The notes: generated from the letters alone by a model not told the origin. Positions 20,833 through 32,557 are shown, numbered from the stretch's first letter. The stretch is DNA of 64,000 nt from Clostridium sp. 1001271st1 H5 (GCF_005845215.1 NZ_SPHO01000015.1:57908-121907); one strand, 5' to 3'. Numbers and translations are program-made.

Positions 20833-22236
20833 ATGACATCTTCATCATCTCACGAAAATCCATTGGGCGTTCTGCCTGTAAACCGGCTTTTGGTCCGCTT
20901 TGCCATCCCCAGTATCATAGCCATGCTGGTCAGCGCCCTGTATAACATTGTAGACCAGTTTTTTATAGGAAGAAGCGTGGGCATGCTGGGAAATGCCGCC
21001 ACCAACGTGGCATTTCCTCTTACCATCACCTGTACTGCCATCTCCCTGATGTGCGGAATCGGCGGCGCAGCCAATTTCAATCTGTCCCTTGGCAGCGGCG
21101 AAAAGGAGGAAGCCACCCGGTATGCGGGCAACGCTGTTTTCATGCTGTTTGCCATTGGGGCTATTCTCTGTCTCACGGTCAGGCTTTTTCTGAAGCCCCT
21201 CATGATTGTCTTTGGAGCAACCCCGGATGTCCTGGACTATTCACTGACCTATACAGGCATCACATCCCTTGGCTTTCCATTTCTCATCCTGACCACAGGC
21301 GGTTCCAACCTGATACGTGCGGACGGCAGCCCCAGATTCTCCATGATGTGCACCCTGACCGGCGCCATCCTCAACACCATACTGGACCCCCTGTTCATCT
21401 TCGGCTTCCGCATGGGAATGGCGGGCGCTGCACTGGCTACCATCATCGGACAAATCATATCCGGCATCATGGTCATCCTGTACCTGACACGGTTTAAGAC
21501 CGTCCGCTTGTCCCTCGGCTCCCTTACCCCCATCCCATCCCATATAAAGGCCATTGCCGCCCTGGGCATGGCCCCCTTCTTTAACCAGATGGCCATGATG
21601 GTGGTACAGATTGTAATGAACAATATCCTCCGCTATTATGGCGCCCAGTCCCATTACGGCAGCGAAATTCCTCTGGCCTGCGCAGGCATCATAACCAAGG
21701 TAAACATGATATTCTTTTCCCTGGTCATCGGCCTGTCCCAGGGACTGCAGCCCATTGTCAGCTTTAACTACGGCGCCAGGAAATTCAAGCGGGTCCGGGA
21801 GGCATATCTAAAAGCAGTGCTCATTGCCACCACCATATCCGCCATGGCCTTCCTGTGTTTCCAGCTGATACCCAGGCAAATCATCGGCATCTTTGGTTCA
21901 GGGAGCCAGGAGTACTTTCACTTTGCGGAACAATACTTCCGCATCTTCCTGTTCTTCACCTTTTTAAACGGACTCCAGCCCATCACTGCCAATTACTTTA
22001 CATCCATCGGAAAGGCTGCAAAGGGTATCTTCATCTCCCTTACCAGGCAGATTATCTTCCTCCTGCCCCTGATTGTGGTGCTGCCCATGTTTTTCGGCAT
22101 TGAAGGCGTCATGTACTCTGCGCCGGTTGCAGACCTTATGGCCGCCCTACTGGCCCTGGTATTTGTCACCAGGGAGCTCCGGAGGATGCGGTTGGCGGAA
22201 GACGGGATGGAGGGTAAGGTGGGTATTGCGGATTAG
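20833..22236 (+). CDS. MATE-family efflux transporter
   Basis: Twelve-TM MATE pattern (LVSALYNIVDQFFIGR, two internal repeats). Start chosen at ATG 20833, which has an RBS. Confidence 0.85.
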   Translation: MTSSSSHENPLGVLPVNRLLVRFAIPSIIAMLVSALYNIVDQFFIGRSVGMLGNAATNVAFPLTITCTAISLMCGIGGAANFNLSLGSGEKEEATRYAGNAVFMLFAIGAILCLTVRLFLKPLMIVFGATPDVLDYSLTYTGITSLGFPFLILTTGGSNLIRADGSPRFSMMCTLTGAILNTILDPLFIFGFRMGMAGAALATIIGQIISGIMVILYLTRFKTVRLSLGSLTPIPSHIKAIAALGMAPFFNQMAMMVVQIVMNNILRYYGAQSHYGSEIPLACAGIITKVNMIFFSLVIGLSQGLQPIVSFNYGARKFKRVREAYLKAVLIATTISAMAFLCFQLIPRQIIGIFGSGSQEYFHFAEQYFRIFLFFTFLNGLQPITANYFTSIGKAAKGIFISLTRQIIFLLPLIVVLPMFFGIEGVMYSAPVADLMAALLALVFVTRELRRMRLAEDGMEGKVGIAD

Positions 22237-22243
22237 TCCCGGC

Positions 22244-23476
22244 TCAGATGTCCTTCATTGCCCGGATAAAGAAATCCTCCCGGCCGAAGTTTCCGGACTT
22301 AAGAACCAGTTCCGGACCTTCCTGCCCCGCAGGATACATGACCGGGACGCCCGGGGCAATGGATTTTCCGATATAAAATGTATGCATTCCCAGTTTCTGC
22401 ATGACTGCGCCTGAAGTCTCCCCTCCTGCAGCAATGATTCGTTTTCGTCCGCATTCCAGGGCATAGGCGGCTGTCCGGGCCAATATATCCTCGTTATAAT
22501 GTCCCAGAGGCGGAAAAGCTTCCTTCCATTCCGCTTTTATATGATTTACTTCATCAGGCGGTGCCGAGGTGTAAACCAGGACCGCCTGATTTTTGTTATC
22601 ATCCAGAAACGCTTTGATATGGTCCATTGTCTGGATGCCCTGCACAAACTGCAGCGGATGGATGCGGTAAGAAACTCCCCCCTGTGACTCATAATACCTG
22701 ATTTGTTCCCTGGTGGCCTGTGAACAGCTGCCGGCCAGTATGATTGGGGCTGAACAAAGGGAGGGATTAAACCTTTTCCTTCCCTCTTCCGGTTCCCATG
22801 TCCGGGCAATCATCTTAAGCAGACCGGACCCCCCTGACAAAAGCGGGTGATTCCTGTATTTGTCTGCAATCATACTTCCGTGTCTCTCTTCATAATAATC
22901 CGGTATGAGATAATAATGCCCCGGGTCCCCAGGAGGCCTGAACTCCCGTTCAAGGGCACCCTCATCCAGATTATAACAGGGATACCGGCTCTGTCTTTCC
23001 ATCAGGCGCTTTAACCGGGAATCCCTCATTGGGTTAAGGGGATGGTCCCTCATGGAACTTTCCTCCAGCAGAACCCCATTGACATACAGCTTTCCATCCC
23101 TCACGCTTCTCCCGTTTTCCAACAGCGCAGGGCATAAAAGTGTGTATGGTATGTTCCATTGTTCCAGGACAGCATCCAGAACCGGTCCTATATTTCCCTT
23201 TTCCGTGGAGTCAAAGGTGGAACAGTATTTAAAATACAGCATACGTGCCCCGTGGGCTTTCAGCCAGGAAAACGCAGCCAGGCTCCGTTCCACTGCCTCA
23301 CAGGGAGGGCAGGTACGTGTCTTCAGTGCTATCACCACTGCCTGGGCCGGCATAATATCCTCATTCTCCCCCTCAGGTATCCCATTGCTGAGAATCACCT
23401 TGGCGCCTCCTGCCTGAAGGAAGGAGGCAGCATCGGCGGCCCCTGTGAAATCATCCGCCACACATCCTAATATCAT
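22244..23476 (-). CDS. Four-carbon acid sugar kinase family protein (DUF1537, OtnK-like)
   Basis: N-terminal MILGCVADDFTGAADAASFL is the hallmark of the DUF1537 kinase family. Start trimmed to that Met. Confidence 0.8.
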   Translation of the reverse strand: MILGCVADDFTGAADAASFLQAGGAKVILSNGIPEGENEDIMPAQAVVIALKTRTCPPCEAVERSLAAFSWLKAHGARMLYFKYCSTFDSTEKGNIGPVLDAVLEQWNIPYTLLCPALLENGRSVRDGKLYVNGVLLEESSMRDHPLNPMRDSRLKRLMERQSRYPCYNLDEGALEREFRPPGDPGHYYLIPDYYEERHGSMIADKYRNHPLLSGGSGLLKMIARTWEPEEGRKRFNPSLCSAPIILAGSCSQATREQIRYYESQGGVSYRIHPLQFVQGIQTMDHIKAFLDDNKNQAVLVYTSAPPDEVNHIKAEWKEAFPPLGHYNEDILARTAAYALECGRKRIIAAGGETSGAVMQKLGMHTFYIGKSIAPGVPVMYPAGQEGPELVLKSGNFGREDFFIRAMKDI

Positions 23477-23490
23477 ATCTCTGTCCTCAT

Positions 23491-24153
23491 TTATAATTCC
23501 TTCAGTGCTGCAGCAGCTGCCTCCACTCCTGAGTCCATGCTGCTCAGAATTGGCTTGGAAATGTCTGACAGACACGGAATCAATACGCTCATGCTGGCCT
23601 GCGCCAGCACCAGAACATCATACTGCTCCTGGGTATCACGAATCAGCGCCTCCAGTATCTGATTATGCTTGTCCTGGTTCTTCTCCGCCGTCAGCGCCTC
23701 AAAGGCATCGGAGGCCAGATAGGAATCCACTGCCACATCCTTTTCCGCTGATTCGGCAATGCGTCTTATCAGTCTTGCACTTGGCTCCAGCGTGGTCTTG
23801 ACCGTACCGTATACAGCTATTTTATCTCCCCTTTCCACAGCTGTACGCGCCATGGGTTCATCGATTTTAAGATAAGGAATCGTTAGCAGCGGTCTTATGA
23901 CATCCACGCCTTCCCCCACAGAGGAGCAGGCATTAAGAATCAGCTTTGCTCCCCAGTCCTGGGCTTCAAAAGCATATGTCATAAGCCGCCTTGTAACCTC
24001 CTTTGTCAGCTTTCCCTCCCTCTTCACATCATTCAGAAGACTGTCGTCCACAATGTTCATAACCTCTGCATCCGGCGCCAGCGCCTTAAGCCTGCTGTTG
24101 ATACCTTCGTAGGTAACGGCTGTTGTATGGATTACTGCAACCTTTCTTCCCAT
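23491..24153 (-). CDS. AroM / Asp-Glu-hydantoin racemase superfamily protein
   Basis: A 220-aa two-lobed protein with conserved Cys/Ser positions (ILNACSS..., LAQASMS...) typical of this fold. The family assignment is tentative. Confidence 0.5.
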   Translation of the reverse strand: MGRKVAVIHTTAVTYEGINSRLKALAPDAEVMNIVDDSLLNDVKREGKLTKEVTRRLMTYAFEAQDWGAKLILNACSSVGEGVDVIRPLLTIPYLKIDEPMARTAVERGDKIAVYGTVKTTLEPSARLIRRIAESAEKDVAVDSYLASDAFEALTAEKNQDKHNQILEALIRDTQEQYDVLVLAQASMSVLIPCLSDISKPILSSMDSGVEAAAAALKEL

Positions 24154-24168
24154 ATGCTCCTCCTGATT

Positions 24169-24837
24169 CTATAAAACTACATTTCTTCTTGCCAGTGACT
24201 TTTTCTTTGCCATTTCCATATAATCCTCCGGCAGCTTCCTTACCTGCCGTCCCGCGCCCAGAATTGCCAGATACATCTCACAGGCCCTCTCCACATTGTC
24301 GCTGGATATCATGGCATCCTCCATGGTAAGTCCGGTGCCAATGGCTCCGTGATTGGCCATGAGCAGGCCTGCATTTGTTCCAATGGTATTCCTTACATGG
24401 GCAGCCAGTTCTGCGGAACCCGGAGGCGCAAAGGGGGCCACCAGTATCTCCCCACCCAGGTACACCACACCCTCAATATCAATCACCGGCACCTTATGAA
24501 CACCGTCCAGTGCGCTGACAGCCGTGGCAAATTTGGAATGTGTATGTACAATACAGTTCACCTCCGGCCGTTCCCGGAAGATTCCCAGATGCATGAAACA
24601 TTCAATGGAAGGTTTATAGGGACCCGACACTATATTTCCATCCATATCCCCCACTGCCAGGTCCTCCGGCTTCATGGTAAGATACGGCCTGGCTGAAGGG
24701 GTAATCACAAACAATGGCTCCCCTTCCACCCTGGCGCTGATATTGCCTGCTGTTCCCAATGCATATCCCTTATCCACCATGGTCCTGCATCCCCACATGA
24801 CCTGCTCTTTTGCTTTTTGTACTGCTTCCTGTAACAT
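24169..24837 (-). CDS. Class II aldolase/adducin-family protein (OtnC-like putative decarboxylase/aldolase)
   Basis: GTAGNIS plus the HTHS metal-binding motifs of the class II aldolase fold. Confidence 0.8.
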   Translation of the reverse strand: MLQEAVQKAKEQVMWGCRTMVDKGYALGTAGNISARVEGEPLFVITPSARPYLTMKPEDLAVGDMDGNIVSGPYKPSIECFMHLGIFRERPEVNCIVHTHSKFATAVSALDGVHKVPVIDIEGVVYLGGEILVAPFAPPGSAELAAHVRNTIGTNAGLLMANHGAIGTGLTMEDAMISSDNVERACEMYLAILGAGRQVRKLPEDYMEMAKKKSLARRNVVL

Positions 24838-24884
24838 ATAAGTTTCTCCCCTCTTTGATTCATATTAGTTTCATCACTGTTTAC

Positions 24885-26810
24885 TCAAATATATTTCCGT
24901 ATCAGCCTCGCAATTTCGTGTACATCCCCGGCCCTGCGCATGGCATTTATATTACCCTCGTCCTCCAGCAAATCAAACAGCTGATAAAGCGCCGGCAGAT
25001 GCCCTGTCTTATCCGGCGTGGCCAGAACCACAATAATATCGGCATCCATATATCCGTTAAAGGACAGCTTTTCAGGCAGCCTAAGCAAAGACATTCCCAT
25101 GCAGTACACGCCGTCATCCACGCCCGCATGGGCGATAATCACGCCATCTGCAATCATGATGAACCGCTTTTCCGTCTCCACCATATCGATGGCCCTGTCA
25201 ACATAATTCCTGTTAATGAATCCATTGTCCAGCAAAGGCGCTGACGCCATCCGGATTGCATTCTGCCAATCCGTTCTTTCCTCTGTAATCTGAATCCGTT
25301 CATCCGGCAGCAGAAAGGGCAGACGGCTCTGCAGTTTTACCTGTCCCTCTGATATCCGTATATTTTCCAGTACCTTTTCCCTGAATGATTTCTTGGCAAT
25401 ATCATTGGCAAAGGGAAATACCACAAATTGTTTCTTGTCTGTCTCCAGCCTTACGGTAGAAAACACAATCTGGAAATCCTTATCATATTCGTAAAAGTCC
25501 CTTAAGGACAGGCACTCTAAAAATTCAATCTCAGGCAGAAGCTCTGACAGCGAAACGAAAAGGTACTGCGATACGGTAAGCCCGTTGGTACACACCACCA
25601 CTGCCCGTTCCTTTTCCCGGACCTGTATCAGCTTCCCCTCCTTATGGAGCCAGGATGCAAAGAGAACCGTAATATACACAAGCTCAGGGTCCGGAAATGT
25701 ACATTTGAGGTAGATTTCATAGGGCCTCACTGCCCTGCGCACGATTTCATGGAGATACTGGTATTTAGGCAGTATCATATCCGTGATATCAGGCTCCACA
25801 TGATATCCATACCATATCCGGTACACAGCCGGCTTCATGTGCTGATACAGGATTTCCAGAAATTCAGCCCTTCCGTCCAGGCGGACACAGCTGATGGACT
25901 CAAAGCGTTCCAGCATATGCATTCCCGCCTCCCTCAAAAGCTCCAGGTTTCCCATATCTTCATGGGTCCTGTTATGGACCTTTGAAATCTGTATCTGGAC
26001 TGCAAAATAAACAATTTCATTTTCATCCTTTATTCCGTATATGTCCGCAAACGCAGCTACCACGGAATACTCCCTGGTAGTTGTTACCAGACGGTACTGG
26101 TCCATGGCTTCTATGGTCTTTTGATTCTTAATCCTCAGCATGGTAAAATAAAAAATATACTGAAGCTCCTTCAGCCGTTCATCTGTAAACTGAAGCTGAA
26201 GCTTATTTTCTATCTCTTCAATATTGTCCTTAAGGTCTTCTGCCTGTGCTTCCTCTATTGCATATACCCGGTTCAGGTTTTCCTCACCGCCCGGCATGTT
26301 TAAAAGCTTTCTGAGAGCGTGGGTTAAAAGCTCTCTTTTATGGTATTCGCTTCCGTAAAGGCGGTATCCTTCCTTCCTGTTATACGCCAGCTCCAGGCTG
26401 AATTTATTAATCCGTTCCTGCACCTTTTTCAAATCACTGAGCAGGGTATTCTTACTGATTTGGAGCTCCTCTGTAAAATGGTAGGTGGAAAGCTCGTCCT
26501 CATGGCACAGCAGCCTGAGCTCAATCCAATACGCCCGCTCTTCGTCTGAATAAGTATAAGAAGACTTGGTGACCGCTGCCTCTTTGGTGGAATAATGCTC
26601 AGCCACCGGACCGGGCACCATGAAGTACCCGGTCTTCAGCCGTTTAATCTCTGGATGGCCGTTATCCTTAAGATAGTCATTGATTTTGTCAAAGCTATAA
26701 CTGAGCTGCTTTCTTGTAAGGCGGAATTTATCCTCCAGGCCCTTGCCTGTAGCGGATGTATTATTCACTATTTCCTGAAAAATCATATAACTTCTGCTAT
26801 CCAGATACAC
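24885..26810 (-). CDS. PRD-domain transcriptional regulator of the MtlR/LicR type (HTH + 2 PRD + EIIB-like + EIIA-like)
   Basis: A 641-aa protein with a C-terminal PTS EIIA-2-like domain, central PRD-like histidine regions, and an N-terminal HTH. It sits immediately downstream of the PTS genes. Confidence 0.75.
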   Translation of the reverse strand: MYLDSRSYMIFQEIVNNTSATGKGLEDKFRLTRKQLSYSFDKINDYLKDNGHPEIKRLKTGYFMVPGPVAEHYSTKEAAVTKSSYTYSDEERAYWIELRLLCHEDELSTYHFTEELQISKNTLLSDLKKVQERINKFSLELAYNRKEGYRLYGSEYHKRELLTHALRKLLNMPGGEENLNRVYAIEEAQAEDLKDNIEEIENKLQLQFTDERLKELQYIFYFTMLRIKNQKTIEAMDQYRLVTTTREYSVVAAFADIYGIKDENEIVYFAVQIQISKVHNRTHEDMGNLELLREAGMHMLERFESISCVRLDGRAEFLEILYQHMKPAVYRIWYGYHVEPDITDMILPKYQYLHEIVRRAVRPYEIYLKCTFPDPELVYITVLFASWLHKEGKLIQVREKERAVVVCTNGLTVSQYLFVSLSELLPEIEFLECLSLRDFYEYDKDFQIVFSTVRLETDKKQFVVFPFANDIAKKSFREKVLENIRISEGQVKLQSRLPFLLPDERIQITEERTDWQNAIRMASAPLLDNGFINRNYVDRAIDMVETEKRFIMIADGVIIAHAGVDDGVYCMGMSLLRLPEKLSFNGYMDADIIVVLATPDKTGHLPALYQLFDLLEDEGNINAMRRAGDVHEIARLIRKYI

Positions 26811-26835
26811 GATATCACCTCGTCAATTTGCTTGC

Positions 26836-28215
26836 TTACTGTCCTGCCTTTGCATTCTCAGCCTCCAGAGCTGCATCTTCCCTGGCCTCACGCATTAAAT
26901 CACGGTAGTATAATATAAACCCGGCCAGCCAGACTGCAAATATAATCAAAGGCACAAAATTCCCCTTTAAGAACATGAACAGATGTGAAATGGAATACGT
27001 AAATACAGGACCGTTAATCAGGCTGTTGCTAATCAGTTCACCTGCCTGGAGGTCAATACTGCCTGTTGCTATGGCTAACTCAGTCATAAACGGAGCAAAT
27101 GCAGTCCCCACCCACAGGAACACGGGCGCTCCGATAACACAGAGAATGGACATCTGGAGCAGGTTTCCCCTTGTCACCAGAAATGCCGGCAGTGCCAGGG
27201 ATGCGCTCATAAGTCCTGCAAAAGGAAGGATTCCATTGCCCGGCAGGAACATGGAATAGACCAGCATGAACGGAATGCTCCAAAGAATTGCCAGCCATAT
27301 CTCATTACAGCCCCCCAGGATAGGCCAGTCCAGCCCCACAATCAGGGTCTTTCCCTCAAACTTCTTATTCATGAAAGCGCTGACCGCCTCGGAGATGGGA
27401 GACAATGCCTGCATAAAATATTTGGCTACCACAGGGAACAGTGTCATGGCGGCGGCAGCCTTGATTCCAGTGGTAAGAATCTGGGCCAGGGAATATTTTG
27501 CCAGAATTCCGAATAAACAGCCCAGCAAAAATCCCATTACGTGATTTTCTGCAAAGATACCCACCTTATCCTTCAGCATTTCTGTGTCAAATTCCCTGTT
27601 TAGCCCTGGAATCTTTCTTAAAATCAGGGCAATGGGATATAGGATGGCGCCGAAAAACAACGTTGCATGGGTCACGGACACACCGGGAATACCTGTCAGC
27701 TTCTCAATACGGTGCTGATGCGCATCCGAAGATTTAAGTTCCAGTATAATCTGCACAGCCGCAATCACAAAGGCCAGAATCACACTGTGGGTAATGGATA
27801 CCACAGCAACTGCCGTAAATATCTTAAGCCATACATTCCATAAGTCAGCATTGATGGTATTTGTCTTATTGAGAAGTATCATCACCACATTGACTGCAAT
27901 CAAAAGCGGAAACATGAGAAATGCATAGGGCCATGCCCATGATATGGTAGCCATGGTGCTCCATCCGCCGTCAACAATGGGCAGTGAGATTCCTGTTGAG
28001 GTCATGATGGCTTGGGCCGCCGGGGTTATGCTGTCCTTCATAAAGGATATCAGCAGGTTCATGCCTGTAAACGCCACGCCAAGGGTGATACCGGACGAAA
28101 TAGCATCCTTTATCTTCATTCCCACCAGTATACTGCCAATAATCATTATGATTGGCACAAATATGGGAGCCCCCAGTCCCAAAAAGAAGTTGACAACATT
28201 TGTTAATACTTGCAT
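26836..28215 (-). CDS. PTS galactitol-family EIIC component
   Basis: Strong resemblance to the GatC N-terminus (LGAPIFVPIIMIIGSILVGMKIKDAISSGITLGVAFTGMNLLI...). The protein is 459 aa and multi-TM. Confidence 0.8.
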   Translation of the reverse strand: MQVLTNVVNFFLGLGAPIFVPIIMIIGSILVGMKIKDAISSGITLGVAFTGMNLLISFMKDSITPAAQAIMTSTGISLPIVDGGWSTMATISWAWPYAFLMFPLLIAVNVVMILLNKTNTINADLWNVWLKIFTAVAVVSITHSVILAFVIAAVQIILELKSSDAHQHRIEKLTGIPGVSVTHATLFFGAILYPIALILRKIPGLNREFDTEMLKDKVGIFAENHVMGFLLGCLFGILAKYSLAQILTTGIKAAAAMTLFPVVAKYFMQALSPISEAVSAFMNKKFEGKTLIVGLDWPILGGCNEIWLAILWSIPFMLVYSMFLPGNGILPFAGLMSASLALPAFLVTRGNLLQMSILCVIGAPVFLWVGTAFAPFMTELAIATGSIDLQAGELISNSLINGPVFTYSISHLFMFLKGNFVPLIIFAVWLAGFILYYRDLMREAREDAALEAENAKAGQ

Positions 28216-28237
28216 ACCTTTCCCCTCCTTCTACATA

Positions 28238-28519
28238 TCAGCTTTTGTTGACCGCATCAATGAGCTTTTTCAGTTCGTCCTCCTGCCTGACCCCTGTCAG
28301 GAACGCGATTCCGTTAATAACTGGCACCGGATATTCCTTTACCGTCTTAGTGATGGATATATAAGCCACACAGTCTTTTATATCCCGGTCCAGGGACTTA
28401 ATATTGACCGCGTCCACCATGGCGTCCACCTTTCTTTCTTTTAACAGACGGTTTACCTTGCTGGCAACTGCCTGTGATGTAGCAACTCCATTTGCACATG
28501 CCACTATGATTCTCTTCAT
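28238..28519 (-). CDS. PTS galactitol-family EIIB component
   Basis: A 93-aa protein with MKRIIVACANGVATS and the active-site Cys, as in GatB. Confidence 0.8.
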   Translation of the reverse strand: MKRIIVACANGVATSQAVASKVNRLLKERKVDAMVDAVNIKSLDRDIKDCVAYISITKTVKEYPVPVINGIAFLTGVRQEDELKKLIDAVNKS

Positions 28520-28523
28520 ATGT

Positions 28524-29000
28524 TCACCCTATACCTTCCATTGATAATACCAGATTAAAATATGTCTCTGCCGTTGCAGCCTGCCGCAGCCTTTCCATAA
28601 AATCAGCCCTTTGGCAATTGTTCACCAGTATCTGCAGCAGTTCCACATGGGCATCTCCCACATCCTCCTGTTTAAACCCAAGCAGGAATACAAACCGCAC
28701 CATATGGACTACCTCATTGGCAGCCATCTCCCTCCATGGAATCGGTTCCTTCAGGCGGATACAGGCAATGAATGCGTTCTTAATGCACTCCGGGTCCGTA
28801 TGGGGTATGGCCACTGCGTACGGCTCTATGGGAAGGGCCGTAGGATATTCCTTTTCCCTTTCTTTTATGCTTTCAAGGAAATCCCCTGTCACATACCCCA
28901 ATTCCATAAGCTGCCCGGACATGACCTCAAATAATTCGTCAGTACTTCTCACATCCAAATCCAGTTGAATCAGGTCCTTGTATACTATATCTCCCGTCAT
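28524..29000 (-). CDS. PTS EIIA component (mannitol/fructose/galactitol class)
   Basis: EIIA-2 fold motifs (AIPHTD phospho-His region). Start trimmed to the internal Met at 29000; the long upstream extension has no RBS and no similarity. Confidence 0.7.
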   Translation of the reverse strand: MTGDIVYKDLIQLDLDVRSTDELFEVMSGQLMELGYVTGDFLESIKEREKEYPTALPIEPYAVAIPHTDPECIKNAFIACIRLKEPIPWREMAANEVVHMVRFVFLLGFKQEDVGDAHVELLQILVNNCQRADFMERLRQAATAETYFNLVLSMEGIG

Positions 29001-29356
29001 GATTTGGTACTCCTTATTAATTAATATTAAAGCTACACGCGCGCTCATGTATCTTCTCCATATCTGCATTATAAGGGTCCGGCATTGGGATTTCAATTTA
29101 AATAGGGTCCATATTTTGTGCAATATGATGCTCATTCCTGTGATGCGCAATTATTTTATACATAATTGTGCCTTATTTTCACTGTTATACCCGGATGGTG
29201 CGGCATTATACACAACCGTATCCCTGTTAACTGACCGGAACAACAGACCGCTTCATGGTTATAAAAAAAGAACCCTGACAATGGTTCCTTCCAAAACCGT
29301 CATCCGGATTCTTTCCTATTCTTTTTCCATCTGCTGTCTTATATTCTGTTCCGGCC

Positions 29357-29542
29357 TCAAACCCAGCCATCCATCACATCAATGGAAAACTTAAAATGGT
29401 CTTCCGGCATGCCCTGTTCCTTCAGACGCCTCCTGATGGTCTTCATATAATGGTTTGATATTGCCCTGCATATATTCTCCGTGTTCCCGGTGCGGCACAC
29501 ATCCACCAGCTCCTTATGGATTGGGTACTGGCGTTCTATCAT
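29357..29542 (-). CDS. Small hypothetical protein (61 aa)
   Basis: The ORF is followed on the minus strand by a hairpin plus T7 run (about 29265-29300), which supports a real transcript end. No recognisable domain. Confidence 0.25.
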   Translation of the reverse strand: MIERQYPIHKELVDVCRTGNTENICRAISNHYMKTIRRRLKEQGMPEDHFKFSIDVMDGWV

Positions 29543-29794
29543 AGCCCTGCTGTCAGGATTGCCTGCATAATAATTAATGGCATTCCCATAATTTAAATCC
29601 GTCCATCCCTTAATCAGCCGGGGCAGACCGGTGGACCGGATAATGGCCTAATGAAAACCTTGTTTTTTATGCACTATTTCCAATTTCTGTTGATATTGCT
29701 CCATAGCGCCCTAATATGTTCCGCAGGATTTCCCATGTCTCCATTTCCGACCCGGGAAATTCCGACATGCCCAACAGGCTAAAGCCCATTTAAA

Positions 29795-29845
29795 AAAATT
29801 CCGCAGACAAACTTTTTTAGCCTGCCTGCGGAATTCATTGCGCAT
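29795..29845 (-). terminator. Rho-independent terminator downstream of gdhA
   Basis: Inverted repeat ATTCCGCAG...CTGCGGAAT with a T-run on the minus strand. Confidence 0.5.
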
Positions 29846-29887
29846 ACTCTGTTCCTATTCTATTACGGCTGCGTGATACCTTACGGA

Positions 29888-31294
<1,407 letters not shown>

Positions 31295-31444
31295 TTAGAA
31301 AAAGTATAGCAAGTTAATATGCTAAAGTCAAGAAGTATGTAAACCGATTTTACCGCGGGTTTACTGGCTGTTTCCTCATTTTCCTCCTTAAAACCTGCCT
31401 GAAAAACCCTTGGACTCCCCGGGCCGGATACCGCTTGCTTCAGT

Positions 31445-32557
31445 TTAATCCTGTACACCTGCCAGCTCAGCCAGCTGCTCCAGCACACCTTTGCCGCCGT
31501 TAAGGGATATATTGCCTACCTTGTCGCAGATTTTCTCCAGGTACTCCATTTCCTTTAACTTGAACAGGGTATGGTTCTCATCCATCAGCTTCGCGGTGTT
31601 CAAAAGACTTCTTGTGGAAGCCACCTCCTCCCTCCGCATGATGACATTGGCCTGGGCCTTTTTCTCTGCCAGCAGGACGGTATTCATAATTTCCCTTATC
31701 TCTCCCGGAAGTATAATGTCCTTGATGCCTGCTCCGGTTATCTCCACACAGTACTCCTCCTGATACTCCTTTAACTTATCCAGCACAAACCTTCCGATTT
31801 CCTCCTTTTGTTCCAGAAGTTCATCCAGTCTGTACCGTCCCACATATTCCCGCAGCTTCAGCTGGACATATGTATAAAGCTGGGAAGCCACTCCTTCCAC
31901 GGTCTGGACCAGTTTCTCAGGATTGGTTATCCGGTAATTGCAGATGACATTTAACCGCACAGCCACCTTATCCGCGGTGAGAATTTCCTGACCGGAGATG
32001 TCAAGCTGCTGAATCTTCATATTGAAGATTTTGCAGGTAACTTCCCTTCCGTAATTCCAGAAGTAGTATGACCCGGTACCCAGTATCTTTTCATAGCGGT
32101 TGTCAAAATACAGAAGACCTGTCTCACCGTCCTTTATAACTATTTTCTTATAATATTTGGCAGGCATCAGGTCCATGTACATCCTGGGAAGGGTATCCTC
32201 CATATATGGCTTGGTTATATCAATGAGCTGGAATTCATTTTTCTCAAATACATTCCAGTATAAAGTCTCAGGCTTTGTAATCACTTCCCTGTAGGCCCTG
32301 TTCACAAACCGCAGGGCAATGCACTCGTCCGGCAGTACTGCCTTTACTACCCTGGAGGCAAACTTCTCGTTCTTCATAAGGATTTCCTCGGGTATGCCGC
32401 AGGTCCTGACCTCCCCTGTCATAGGAACAGTCTGCACCTCATATCCCAGCATGCCCAGGTAAGAATACTTTCCTGCTGTCAGCAGTTCCACGAACCGGCC
32501 ATCCTTCATCAGATAGCCGCATTCCTGCTCTTTGATTATATATTTCTTTATCATCAT
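31445..32557 (-). CDS. SPFH/band-7 domain protein (stomatin/prohibitin-like)
   Basis: Central SPFH motifs (ILTADKVAVRLNVICNYRITNPEKLV) and a C-terminal coiled region. Start chosen at the Met with a GAGGGA RBS. Confidence 0.7.
   Translation of the reverse strand: MMIKKYIIKEQECGYLMKDGRFVELLTAGKYSYLGMLGYEVQTVPMTGEVRTCGIPEEILMKNEKFASRVVKAVLPDECIALRFVNRAYREVITKPETLYWNVFEKNEFQLIDITKPYMEDTLPRMYMDLMPAKYYKKIVIKDGETGLLYFDNRYEKILGTGSYYFWNYGREVTCKIFNMKIQQLDISGQEILTADKVAVRLNVICNYRITNPEKLVQTVEGVASQLYTYVQLKLREYVGRYRLDELLEQKEEIGRFVLDKLKEYQEEYCVEITGAGIKDIILPGEIREIMNTVLLAEKKAQANVIMRREEVASTRSLLNTAKLMDENHTLFKLKEMEYLEKICDKVGNISLNGGKGVLEQLAELAGVQD

Noticed and set aside
22244-23575. Long 443-aa form of the DUF1537 kinase ORF
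   Set aside because: The family's conserved N-terminus (M-x-LG-x-IADDFTGA) begins at the internal Met (23476). The upstream 33 codons are Cys/Gly-rich and would overlap the preceding gene's terminator region.
28524-29150. Long 208-aa form of the PTS EIIA ORF
   Set aside because: The first 50 codons have no similarity to EIIA proteins and no RBS. The internal Met at 29000 gives a standard ~159-aa EIIA.
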